A DNA stretch of 63,205 bases, counting the filler, from Kipferlia bialata (Eukaryota), in NCBI GenBank assembly GCA_003568945.1. It is 5 parts of 4 records of this genome, joined end to end, with 100 filler letters (N's around TTAATTAATTAA, not from the genome) between each part and the next. Parts side by side here need not be neighbours in the genome. Positions count along the whole stretch, not along the records: positions 1 to 19,958 come from BDIP01000405.1; 4 more parts are not named here. The stretch is one strand, 5' to 3'. Position numbers and translations under genes: made by a program. This document shows positions 1-13,000 of the stretch, one piece after another (the stretch's first letter is position 1; each line of letters begins with the position of its first letter). Below the pieces are notes generated by a model that was not told where the DNA came from, made no database searches, and saw only the letters and a program-made list of their open reading frames with translations.

Positions 1-609
1 AGCTCTCTTTGGCATGATGATCATGTTCTCAAACAGAGAGGGAATCAGGTGCGGCAGCTGGCCCGTGTCTATGATTGGAACTCATATACTCTCTCACCAT
101 AGGCAGAGTGACTGTCGCTTTGCAGTGTCAGTTGTGCCCCCTGCCCCTGGTAGCGACCCAAGAGAGTCTCCGATAGTGTACATGAGGGCCCAGATGTGTG
201 GGTTCAGGCTGACTGCTGACAAGCAGTATCCAATCACCACCTCATTCACCATCCCTCAGGACAAGACGGATGTGTATGTCTATGCCACCAGCGACAAGGA
301 GGGGGCACACGACAGGGAGAACAGTGAGAGCGAGACCAGCGAGAGCAGTCTGTCACTTCTCAGTCTTCAGGTACCTACCATCTCTACACAGTGTTAGTTG
401 GATACTACACAATATACTTGTCTAACCTTCAGAACAGCGGTATGCACTCTGGGCTCCATGGCTCCGTCCCAGGTCTGCACGGCCTAGACTCCGACCATGC
501 CAGCATCCCCGTGGTGCTGTCCGGCAGACAGCTGGGGAGGGTCACCCTCAACAACAAGGTGGGGGCAGAGCACTGGGTCAGTGCCGGGGCACACTTCCAG
601 ATCCTCTAA
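1..609 (+). CDS. 3' end of a spliced hypothetical protein (5' end outside window)
   Basis: Introns 49-102 (gtgcgg...ctcaccatag) and 371-432 (gtacct...ctaaccttcag) join ORFs in frame, ending ...RVTLNNKVGAEHWVSAGAHFQIL-TAA at 609. No family recognised. Confidence 0.7.
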
Positions 610-1099
610 GGAGAGAGAGAGAGAGAGAGAAATAGTGACCGAGAGACACTCTGTTGCGCGATTCACATCCCTCCAACTAGTACCACTCAAGGATCCTCCG
701 ATTCCATTCCGTTATCTTTGGTCGATCTGTGTCCATCACAACTTGTGATTCACAAGAGTGGTATCGTTGCTTGTATCACTAAATGTAATATATACTGCAC
801 ACTGCTGGAGTCCATCTGGACTACATTCTGGCAGGCTGCAATAGATCGTAAGACATCTATCCTGACTCGTTCATATATATTACAATCCCAATGTGTGTAT
901 AGTCAGGACCTGACTCAGTTCTCTTCCTTTGGATTATTAACACGTGCATTGTCACCAGAACCACTGTCAGTTGTAGTCCCTGCTGACCTGCTCCCCATTG
1001 TCCCTTCTCTCTTTACTCTGTTCCTGGCATCCACCAACCAGGGCCATTCTTCCGGGAGCATACATTCATCTCTGACTATCAGGCAGTATCCTTGAATGG

Positions 1100-3462
1100 A
1101 GAACACTAACAAGATGAATAGATATTGATTTGCTATTACATCTCTCAGACTCTAGCTGCAGTTTAAAATAGAACATACCTCGGGCTTATGGGAATGAAAA
1201 GGTCTCCGGGTAGCAGTGAGCGCCACTGGTCTGATACTGATACGGACTTTGTAGCGTCATCAGAATCTAGGCAGTAATCTCTGAGGAACAGGTGAGTGCA
1301 AATGGCGTCCGCAACCTGTGGGTGAGTGTGTATCTAAGCTGTCCCTTATGTTGACCGGAAATAAGAGAACCTTAGTGGCACTTAGCGCAGTCGCTCCTCT
1401 AACGTAGGCGTTGTGCCGAGAACGGTTCGATTCTCCGTAGGCACCAGTTCTAGTGACGACGGCAGATAGACCCACATAGCTCAAGGCCTCCTGAAGTGAA
1501 AGCTCATTTGAAGGCTGTACTACCATTGAATAGAATGTGTCTCTACTGCAAGAAGAGACAAGGCATGAAGTAACTGATTGCTTACCTCTATGAGCGCTAG
1601 CCGCTTGGTGGGAGAGAAGTCCTGAGGGGGACGATCTATCTCAAGGGGATGTGTATTGGAAATGCAAGCGCGCTGCAGGCGCGATGACTCGAGTAAGAAT
1701 AGAGTTCTGACTGCACATGGAGTATCATTGCATCACTTGAGCACAATGCTAATATACGGCTGATTGTCCTTACCTGCTGTATACGGAGTCTCTTGCAAAG
1801 GGCAACACAAGCCTTACATAACCTTATAGTCAGTAAGATTTTGAGTATCCTATCGATATCCTCTAGCACTGCCAGTACATGTCACCGCACCGCATACCTG
1901 AGTGAATGTGTGCACTGAGCCTTGTGTCCCACACCCCACTCTTCTCCACAACACTTGCAGTTGCGGTGCTTCCTGATAATGAGTGTTGCGTCTTTGAGTT
2001 GACAGGGAGGTACCCTTAATGAAACAGTATTAGTCAGTAGTTCTTACTGAGACGCTACCCCTTACCGCCCATTTGCATTCTGTACTATTCCATCCACGTC
2101 CGTGAGTCTGTGAACCATGTACTGGTGTAAGCGACTTTCATTACGGTATCATGTCTCCCTCATAGACATAATTTCTTTAGCACAATCATTGATTACCAAG
2201 TCCCACCTTTTGGCGAGTGCGCTCTGTCCTAAATCTGCATTTCCAATTACAGTATTCCCCTACAGAGTGTCTGGAAGCGAACATTAGGTTCTTACAGCGC
2301 AATCCTAATGTCAGTTAAGGGACAGTTGTATAAGGGAGAGTAGCGTGTGCATGCCTCTTTCGATGATGACCTCTCAGGTGGGCCTCACCTGTTGCCACCA
2401 AGGCGTCATCGCTATAATTGACCTCTAGCTTGTAAGTGTGACACCTGGGACATCTAAGAGGACTGTTGTGTTAGTAATGAGCCGGGGGTATTGATTCAAT
2501 ACTATTGAATCAATATTCCGAAGAGTATGACTTACGAATCGTAAGTTACGATACTTGTCGTTGTGTTTTGGAGAACAGAAATTAGGAACTCGTAGGTGTT
2601 TGACGTTGACAGGGGAAAGGTCTTCTAGAACCATAAGTGTGAATGCGTAGATTGCAATGCGAATGGAAGGACACTACTATATACTATATAGTATAGTATA
2701 TATAGTAAGTATAGTATACATAGTGTATAGTATATAGCACCTGCCAAACAGGCTACATCCCATCAGCCTCTCCACGAGCTCAATCATGTTGCCACTGACC
2801 ATCAGATGATTTGCCTGCTGTTAGCACTGCCATTGAAATCCAAGGCTAAGAAACCGAGTTCTGGTCCAGAACATCCAGAATCTGGATACTGGCACATTAT
2901 GTGTCTAGGATACAATATCGTGGGAAGTACTGTACCTGGCACAACGTGTGGAGCTGTGTCGCCTTGAGTGCCGTGAGCTTAGTTGCCAGCCAGTCAATCT
3001 GCGGACTCAGTCCTCTCCATATCTGTAGGCGAGTCAGTCGCCCATGCCTGGCGGTGGACCGGATATCCGCCCGTCGCCTGTCCCTTTCCCTTCCATCTCC
3101 CATCGGGACCTCAGGACTGTACCTCTCCTCCTCAGGGCCATCGTCTTGCACTAACATGTCTCTGGGTTCATCGTGCAGAGCACGGCCGATGGTAGCACCC
3201 AGGTTGTATGGACTCTCCGACACTTGGGTTGACTCCTCTGGTGTGAGAGCCAATGCACACTACGGCGAGATAGAGTAGTATGACATTGTGTCTCAATTGC
3301 GACATACATACCATCGGAATCTAGCAGGTTTCGGGCCTCATGTGCCCTGTGAGGTCTAGCTGAAGATGGCTCGGTGTCACTGGGATCACGAGCCTCTTCT
3401 TGCTGCTTATAACCCCGCTCTGGCTTCACTCTGCCTGACTGGGTATCTCTGCGGTTCTGCAT
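1100..3462 (-). CDS. multi-exon hypothetical protein; 3' boundary uncertain
   Basis: ATG at 3462 (MQNRRDTQ...), followed by a series of minus-strand GT...CTNAC-N-AG introns. Exons include IDWLATKLTALKATQLHTLCQ, KHRNCKCCGEEWGVGHKAQCTHSL, LCKACVALCKRLRIQQ and VADAICTHLFLRDY. Confidence 0.5.
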
Positions 3463-4061
3463 GGTCCTATGCTAAGTCTGTAGCTGCTAGTAACCAATAC
3501 GGGTACAGTTGGATACGGTGTTTGAGAGGTGAATTCATCGGAGAACACTGAATGCCGTATCATGAGGTATCTTTCAGTGTGAATGATGCCTTCAAGTTTA
3601 AGGTTTCAACACAGCTATTCCAAATCTCCAGTGTGACTACTACTGTACACTGTACAACCAAGTGAATGTGATGTTTACACTGTATCCCACTAGTATACAG
3701 TGTACACCAGGCACTGGGAAATGGTAATGTCCATATCCATAGTGACTGTATACATCCCCACTCACCCGGATCGACGATGTAACACCCTTCATACTTGAAG
3801 TCTATTCGAACGAAACAATGATAATCGAATCAATGTGGACACCTCAGATGTCCACTCAAGGTGGGTCTTAATGGATACATCAGCCCTCTTCCGCCAAGAC
3901 AACCAGAGCAAGCCACCCACAACATACACCCAAATCCCAGACCAACAGAAGCAATATTCGCTTGTCAAAAATACGTATGACAGCCTCAAAACGAGGCCAC
4001 TCAATCACTGCTCCTCTCGGTCAGTAGATGTCTCTCTCTCTTCTACCCCTCTCCCCATATC

Positions 4062-7000
4062 TCACAGGTTCCTCATGATGTCATCAGGCACTCCCAGCTC
4101 CTCGAGGGGGACAGACTCAGCGGTCTCATCATGGCCTGTTATTAGTACACACCAATAGTATCTTACAACAATCAATAGCGGAGAAACCAATCAACTATAG
4201 AGAGTGTGTGATGTGTGTACCTGCAGCCAGGTTGACGCTGTCCTTGGAGAGGAAGGCTGCCACGACATCAGCAGACCCCTTCTCCTTGTTCTTGAGGATG
4301 GCCTTCTGAGGGGTAAGCATAAGACATTCACAGTATACAGATGTACAATGACATGAACTGGAGATATGCTTCCAGAGGAAGTGGCCGGACACCCACCTTG
4401 ATCCTGTTCTTGAGTCTGATAGTGGCCGTGTCGTGTGTGTCGTCTGTCAGAAGGGCCAGGGCCAGAAGGGTATCGCCCCTACGCACATGGCCTAGAGCAG
4501 CCTCATACGCCTGACGTGAGACGGATATAGGGATACATATACATACACATTTACATGTACACTGGTATATAGACACACTGATACCTTACAGTCGAGGGCC
4601 TGGGGCACTCCCTGCACCCTAGCCAGCTTGTGAGCCATATCGTAGTCACACACCATGTCTGGTGTGAGAAGGGTAGTTGGTAACGAGGGAAGGATTCAGG
4701 TGATGTCCAGCAAAGTACGAGAGACTAGCGGGCAATAGCGTCTCCTCATTGTCAACAAATGGACCGATAAATTCAACACATACCTGGGTCTTGGTGGACC
4801 GGTCCGCAGAACCACTTCAAGATAGAGAACCATGTAGGGGGAAGGAGACTGGACCTCACAAAGGAAGTGCAGTACTGGTTGGCATGGGCAAACCTGACCG
4901 TCAGCAGCGAGAGAGATTGAGCGAGTGTGACAGAGAGACTGACCTGATGAGATGGGCTCCGTTTGGCAGCCTAGGGAGAGGCGGAATGGCCACAGAGGGA
5001 GGGGCACGGTCTCTCTCATTCTGAGGGAACTGCAGCTGGGGATAAGTACAAAGAGAAAAACAAATGTGACCCATATATCAATACTCTCACTGCTTTCAAT
5101 CGCCAGTGTATAGTTGAGATGCGAGTACCTGGTTGGAGGTGCGAGACGGCTCCCTGAACAAGGGATGGTCAATCTCCACACACGGAGGCCTAAACGGCGA
5201 GTGGTCAGCGGACACCACTGGAGTCTTGGTAGCTGTCACTCTGGCAAGGGGCTCTCCCTCTCCCACTGACTGCCAGGCCTCTGCCTGCTGTGCCGAGGGG
5301 TCAGGCACGGCACTAGCATCTCCATGGATCTGGAGTGAGTAACAGCTGGATAGAGAGCGGTGTACGGATATGATACATTGCCCTGACCTGACCACTGCGG
5401 CGCCTCATGATGATCCTAGCGAATAGGGCTAGGAACACCTCGGCGTGTCCATTCCTGGCATCCTCCTGACATAAGGAACACACAAACAATACAGTATTGG
5501 GTGCGGATATCATGTCCTAAGTACTGGACATCACTGAAACACAACGCCTGGCCTCACCTCAGTCATGCCCCTTCCGCCTGGGAACCTTGGCTTACACGTG
5601 CAGTCACAGCGGGCGAGGACACGGGCCAACTGAGTCGACACCGCTGCGGGTGAGTATGATAATGAGCAATGGAATGGAATGATGGTTGTGCAAGGTGTAG
5701 CCCGTACTTGAGTACTTCCTCCTCCTGTGCACCAGCTTGGCGGGGGGCTCTCTCTTCCTCTCTCCCTACGGTGAGAAATAGCAAAAGTTTCCATCCCTAT
5801 TGGGAATATCAGGAGGTAATATGGCACCTGAGTCCTGTTGATAGGAACGAGACTAGCTTGGGAGGCCTCCTCAGCCAGGCCCTCCCCGAGTTCTCTCTCC
5901 TTGTCCCTGATACGCCTGGCCCTGACATGAGACACACTATTTACACAATCTTCATTGTCAATAATGTACACTAGATGACCATACCTGCGAAGGGCCTTGT
6001 CCTTGTGGTGCTCGATGAGTCTCTCTCTCTCCCTGTCACTATCGGCCGACTTCTCCCTCTTGCTGTTGCGGCGGGTATCAGCCTGCTTCTTCTTCTCTTT
6101 GGCAGCCTCTTCCTCCTTCCTCCGGTTCCGCATATCGTTCTGCCTTTCAATCTCCCTCTCCCTCTCTGCCGCCACAGCATCGAGGTACACATCGGGAGCA
6201 ACACCTGGGAGAGTGATAGCGGCGGTTCCTCTGCGGGTGAGAGACAGATAGATAGATAGAGAAAGAGATTGACATGGCGCACAAGAGGGTGCCATATTCT
6301 TCTGGATACCTGACATGGATAGGAGCAGGTATCTCCATCAGAGGGGGGTGCTCAGGACAGAGCACCGTGTACTCGACCGGCAGTCTCTGCGCCAGGACAT
6401 CCGCCACGTCCTCTACGTCCACCTCGCTCTGGCTGTCCCGCAGAGACAGATCAGCGTCACTCAGTCTGAACAGAGAGGACCCCAGGGACCCCAGCAGACG
6501 CTGCGACAGAGGGCGGGACCTGGGTATCAGACACCCGGTCAGAGTCACTGAGGAATAGTATCACGTACATACAATATTGAGATGGACTCAAACTATAACG
6601 CGATACTGACCTCGGTGTCTTCTTCAGGGGTACAACTGGTGCCACAGGTATATCCACAAGCGGGAGGGCAGGGGGAGGGGGAATGACGATCTTCTTCTCA
6701 ACAGGAGGCGGAGCAGTCTTTTTGCGTCGCGAGTGGTTGCGCTTGGACTTGCCAAAGATATCCGCTGAGGTGAGGTGGGTCAGTCGGGTAGATGAATACC
6801 AGTAGGCACACAATCACGCACCAATGTCATACATGAGAGACTCGCTGGATGAGCTTCTCTCGATGAAGCTGTTCACCTCATCGTCAGAGTCACCCGCGTT
6901 GAACTTAGGCTGGTTCCACTTGCCTGGATATCAGGATCATAACGACTATGACAACAAATAGAAACAGCACATACCCCGTCCACGACCCAGGCGCTGCTTG

Positions 7001-10000
7001 TGGCGGACAGACCGAGGGGACCTCTGGACAGTGGCAGTCTGAGTGACAGTAACACGTGGGTCCTGGTAATGAGGAAGGGAAGGAAGGGGGGCTGGAGAGG
7101 GTGTGACGCGACTGTAGATTACCTGTGTGGGGGCCTCGATCCCAGGCCCCTTGAGGTCTGGGACACCCCCGGTCCCACCACCCCCAGCCCCATCTGCCTC
7201 AGACTCGTCTGTGCTCTCGATGGTGTCAGTCATGGTGCCCTCGGTGATGGAGGCAGAGGCGTCGCTATCCACCCCTACAGGACCCTCCTCATCCGAGAGA
7301 ACAATCACCCCCTTGCCGGTCTCTACAGCTGTGGCCTCCTGCAGGTCACGAGCCTTCTCTCTCTCGTGCTGCTGGATGACAGACAGCCGCCTGGCCGCCT
7401 CAGGGCCTGTAAAAACGGCTGAGTCCCTGTCTCTCTCCTGCTGCACGAACTGCTGCTTGGCCTCCTCCCTCTCCTTCTCTCTGTCCCTCTCTAGATCAGA
7501 GTCTTCGGGTAAGACGGAGTTCTGGGTGCCACCCTCTGACTTGTCCCCATCCCCAGACAGCGAAAGAGTCGACAGCAATGAGGCGTTGGAGCCAGACCCA
7601 TTGATAGACAGGGTGGAGAGAGAGACATCCCTACTGAGGCAGTATTGGGCTGCAAAGCTCTGAGCGGCCTGCTTGGACGCCATGCCTGCCAGCTTCCCAA
7701 GGGCTGCTGCTACCCTCTCCTGTCTCTGCTCCTCTAGACGCCTCGCAAATGCCACCTGCTTACGCTGGTACTGACAGTCTGCCTTGTGCTTCAGGGTGAA
7801 GGAGAGGTCGCAGGGGGTGAGACACTGGCTGTTGGTTAGTTTGATGCTAAGAAACGGTAGGAGTAGATATTGATTCCTTGGTGTTCATCCCCACCTCACT
7901 GTCTGAAGCCACATGTAGCGAAGGGTAACCTGGAACACAGCAGGTCTCTCTCTCTCAGAATCCCGCAGCTCCCTCTCTCTCTCTCTACGAAGCAGGACCA
8001 TCTGCCTCTCCCAATCCCCCTGCTTATCTACAGGTCTGACTTCCCTGGTTCTCTCTCTCTCAACTTCAGTGACGGTGTGAGACTTGGAAACAGTCATTGA
8101 GTAGTCTGTGTAGCTGTACGAGTAGCTCTCTGATGACTCTGGAGAACTCCGCATATCCAGGGCCTCCCTCGCCTTGACAGCCCGTGCCATGTCCTTTCCC
8201 ATGATGAGAGAGGGCACCTCTCTGATGGGGGCCAGACGGTCAGTGGATGCCGCGGAAGACAGGGACTGGGTGGTGTGGGAGGCCTGTCTACCTGAGATAC
8301 TAACCCCGCTGGTTCCAGTGGTATCCCCGACATCAGGCATCGATGAGTGGGAGAGAGAGCTGCGGGCGTAGGACACCTGAGTGGATTCAGTGGAGGCCCT
8401 CAGCCCCTGCGGTCCAGGTGTGGTCTCTGTACCATCGGTGGAAGTGGTGGGGTGAACACCAAAGGCGGGAGTCTTCTTTCCGGCCCTCAAAGCAGAGGAG
8501 GCAGAGAGGGATAGCGAAAACGAGGACGAGTCTCTGTCGCGAGAGGGTCCTCCCATGATGTTATGAGCAGCGTTGAAGCTGTTCTTGAGATGGTCAGTGT
8601 CTGAGAGGGACGACATGGACATCAAGGTGCCCTGACCTGGTCGCTGGGGTGAGCGTGAGTGTGGACTCAATATATATATATATACGTATTATACATTGCA
8701 ACGGACTGCGGACGTTACCTTGCTCTGGAAGGCCAAGGGTAGCGGCTGGAAGATGGACACTGGGTCCACCACCTCACTGTCGCCATGGCTAGTGGAGGGC
8801 GAGGCCCTACCGCGGTCCTTCTCCTTGCCCCGTGGGCTCTTTGCATCATCCACGGGTGCCCCAGAGTGCAGGACTCGGGGGTCACTGGGCATCACCTCTT
8901 CCTGCTCCACCCCGCTGTCGACATCAAGCACGGTCTTGGGCCTGAAACTCCCCACGGTGCAACTGCTGACATCACCGTCGTCGTCCTCTCCGTCTGAGGC
9001 CTCTACCCCAGCATGGGGGTTCTCCTTACCCTCCACACTAATCACCTCTCTAGGGTGTGTGGACGGAGAAGACCCCTCCTGGCAGTTGCTACGACTGCGG
9101 TTGGAGGCCAGAGCAAGTGACACCCTACGGCGGCGACGTCTAACACGCTCTCTCCGGTGGCGCACTTCTCTAACCTTCTGCGCCATATCAACCTCACGTA
9201 CTCTACCGGAACTGAGACTACTCTCAGCAGCTGCCATGTCAGTAGAGGGCATGCGCTCCTGACCAGTGAGGGGACTGGATGACTTGGGGTCGGTATTGAG
9301 GTTACCCAGAGCCAAGAGCGGCACACGCTGAACCTGTCTCTCCCCAGACCTCTCACTCTCCATTGCCTCGCTGATAGAGCGCGAGAGTGAGGACACGACT
9401 GGTGAGGATGTGGAGTGGGCTGAGTGAGGGCTGGTCCCCATTATGGACACTACCCTCTTGTCTACCAGGGCGGGTTCAACAATTGGGGCAGCGGTGTGAA
9501 CACCTAATGGTACACGCTGGACAGGACGAGGTATGGTTGGCACGAGGGGCAATGAGTGGGCCGACTCATGCACTGCCTCTATCTGAGACTCCTCTGGATG
9601 AGGTGCCTCTGCAGACGCCTCGCCGACATCGACTGCACTTGCCCTCTCTACACGCAGAGGAGACCCCTCGTCTGGCCCCCCAACCTGCTGGAACAGGGTA
9701 GAGGGGGCTGCCTGAGACACTGATACTGGCGCCCAGGAAGAGGGGCCGACGGCATTGGTAGAGAAGTGGGTAGCAACGTCACTGGCGGTGACAAGGGGAG
9801 AGACCACGTGACCCACAGTGTCCCTGTCTCTCTCCCACCCGCCCTCTGCCGACAATACCATAGACTGACTGGCCTCGGAAGTGGGATCTGTAGTGTTGAC
9901 GCCAGAGACGGGGGATGCGCACTCCCTCTCCCTCTCTCTCTCCCTAGCTCTCTCCTTGTGAGTGCCCTTCTTGAAGGAGGAGAGAGGCAGACCAGAGATG

Positions 10001-13000
10001 ACGCTGAGCCCAATCACTGTGGGCGTCTTCCTCTTGAAGGTGGAGCGGACGGAGCCCATGCTGTCTCCCTTGCCGTGGTGGGTTCGGGCAGACTGGGGGG
10101 AACACTCAGACTGCAGAGAGGAGAGCATCTCACTCCGCCCCTTGTCTCCCTTTGTATCAAGCTCAAAGGGGGGCCTGGATCTCAACATGGCAGAGGTACG
10201 GCCAGGCAGAGAGAGGGGTGAAGACACCTTCTTAGCCGGAGCCTTTGCATCCATGAGAGGCCGTCCTAGACGCTTCCTCTCCTCCTCCTCAGCCCTCTCC
10301 CGGTCACCAGCGATATTGGGGGCAGATATGAAGCCATATACAGGCTTCAGGGGGCCGTCTCTCTCGCTTGTGCCCTCCCCAGTTGTGGCTTCCTCCAGGA
10401 GCTGGGAGAGAGGTGGTGCCGTCGGTGACACTGCGACAGCCTCACCGGACTTGGGACTAACCTCCTCCCTCTCACTTAGAGGCTGCCCACTGAGCGGGTG
10501 AGGAAGGCGCGGGCTATCCTTGCCACGATCTCTACAGGATGACGGCTCTGTCCCAGACATGCTCATTGTGCTCTCTCTGAGCTTGTCTCTCTCTCTCTCC
10601 CTTTCCCTGTCCTGAATCATCTCCTTGTGCATGCGCTCCATACGCCCGGTCTCTGTCTCACGGTGAGACCTGTCACCTATGTATGAGTGAATGATACTAA
10701 AGGAGGTAGTAGATAGTAGTACAATGGCCGTTGCACCTGAGAGCTCACTTGACACGTCAGAGTCTGCCACGTTCTGTGATATGATCTCCTGGTGCTTGTG
10801 GAGCAGCCACGCACCGGCCTCTGTCTCCTGTGGTGAGTGAACAGCAAAGAGGAATGGATTGGAGAGGGAAGAATTTATAATTATAAATTATAATATTTAT
10901 ATTAATAATTATAAATTAATAATTAAATATTATTAGGAAGAATTCAGATGATAGCCGTTGACTCTGCTAATTCACGAATTCACAGACTCACCTGACTGAT
11001 TCTGTACATGGCGCTCTTGAGGACGTTGATGAGGATGCCAGGGGACACCTCGCCATAAGGGGCCTCTGTCATCGTAGGAGGACCCTGACGTCAGTGTATA
11101 TAATCAGGAATCAAACAATTATTCAAAAGGGCTACAATCGAAAGCATTCTTGGTTACCATCACATACTTGGTAGCAGTTGATTGCAGGTCTCTCTCCAAA
11201 TACCCCAATATAGGACTGTGCTCCGAAGCCACCAGGGACAAAGCCGTTGCCGTATCTCTTGGGAGACTCTGGAGCGGTATCCTCCCTCGTCAAGGGGCCG
11301 CTAAGATGGTCCCTTGAGGTTCTAGCGTGAAAAAGGCAGATATGAACAGACTCGAGCACTGAACAAGTAGCAACATACCCTGTATCTGCATGACTCCCAG
11401 CACTACGCTCCAGAGTGGCGGTCACTGGTTTCACTCCTTCCATTGCCGGAGACGGCATCGAGTTGTTTGGAGATGGATGTGAGTCGGGAGCGGAGTTACC
11501 TGAGTGAGTCACATTAGGAACAGGTAGACGTATACGCAAGAAGAGACAAATGTAGAGCAGGTGGCTGTACCTGGGCGAGACAGAGAACCTGGGCGGGAGA
11601 GGGATGCCGGGCGCGACAGGGTACTACGCCCCAGCGGAATGCTACCTGTCCCAGTGTAGAAGGGATAGTCCGAGAAGGGAGCACTTAGGGCGTTGGCGCC
11701 ACCGCCCACAGAGTGTAGGGACGAGTCCATACCGAGAGACTCCCCTCTGCTGCTGCGGATGGACATGTTACGAGGGGACATGTTCCGAGGGGACAGCGAG
11801 TTGATGAGGGAGACAGGGCGGTAGGATCCAGAAAGCGACATTCCTGAGGTCATAAGGCTCAAACAACTGTAGCAAGATGCGAAAACTTGAGACTACCAGA
11901 ACACTTACCAGATGCCACGGAGTGGTTGAAGGAGGAGGAGAAGGACTGTCTCGAGTGGTGTGCATTGAGACGGCGCTGACTCTCTCTGCTGCCGACCATC
12001 ATCTCCCTGTCTGAGACTCTAGAGGTGAAGGGACTGACCTGAATGTGAGAAGAGAACATATGCAGAGAATACGAGAAAGACGAACTCACACGAACCTCTA
12101 AGCTCCTGCGGGGTCCTCTGGCGCTGAGGGTCATAGCCCTAGCCGATACACTGCTCTCCGGAGACCCCATTGAGCCCAAGGACGCGTACCTGGCGGACAT
12201 GGGTTGTCCCCTACGGTATCTACCTGGGGGGGTATTGACCATAGACGCCAGAACAGCGCCAAATGATGAGGAAGCAACGTGCTCCGCGTCACCCCCAACC
12301 ACACTAGCACCTCCAAGAGGAGAAGCAGACACAGAAACGGCGCTGCTGTAAGAGGTTCCCTTGAAGCCCCTTGTCTCATCTCTACCCCTCTCTCTCCTCT
12401 TCTCTTGGCGCAGTGAGGGGATACTTCCCAGGCTAGGATTGCTAGGGTTGCTGGATCCCATGGTTGACACTGGTATGCGCATATCATCAGGAGGGGAGGG
12501 GGATGGCGAGGAAGACAGGGTCCCGTCTGTGGGCCCCGAGTGGTCAGGGGGGAAGGAGGGGATGGTGGACTCCCCCGGCACCAGAGGTGCTTCTGCCTCA
12601 TGGGGCTCTGTTGGAGGAAGCACCCCACGGGCCAGGGCACTGTGTCTAGCTGTGCTAGGCACGCTGCTACCGCTCACACCTGACACCATTCTGGAGTAAG
12701 GTAGCGGGGAGTGTAGAATGACGCAGAGAGTATATGTACGGCAAACGTACCCTGATATGCTATACGACTGGGATCCCGAGAAAGCTGTGCTGCGGCTGCT
12801 GTTTGTCACACTGGGACCCCTAAGATGAGACACAAGGAAACGATAGGAGAAGAAACAGAATAGAGTCACAAGAGCGGTCATGGGAATCGGGCTCTGTAAT
12901 TACCTGCTGGTCTCAGAGAGGTCACAGGAGGTAGACAGCTGGGCATCGCAGAGCTGGGAGAGCCTGCTGAAGGTGCGGCTTGGTGCGTCTAACCCTACGC

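Noticed and set aside
2674..2737. TATAG-rich quasi-palindrome
   Set aside because: Self-complementarity is expected from its low-complexity TA composition.
7000..10501. Plus-strand ORFs of 100-190 aa
   Set aside because: These are antisense shadows of long minus-strand exons; all splice signals point to the minus strand.
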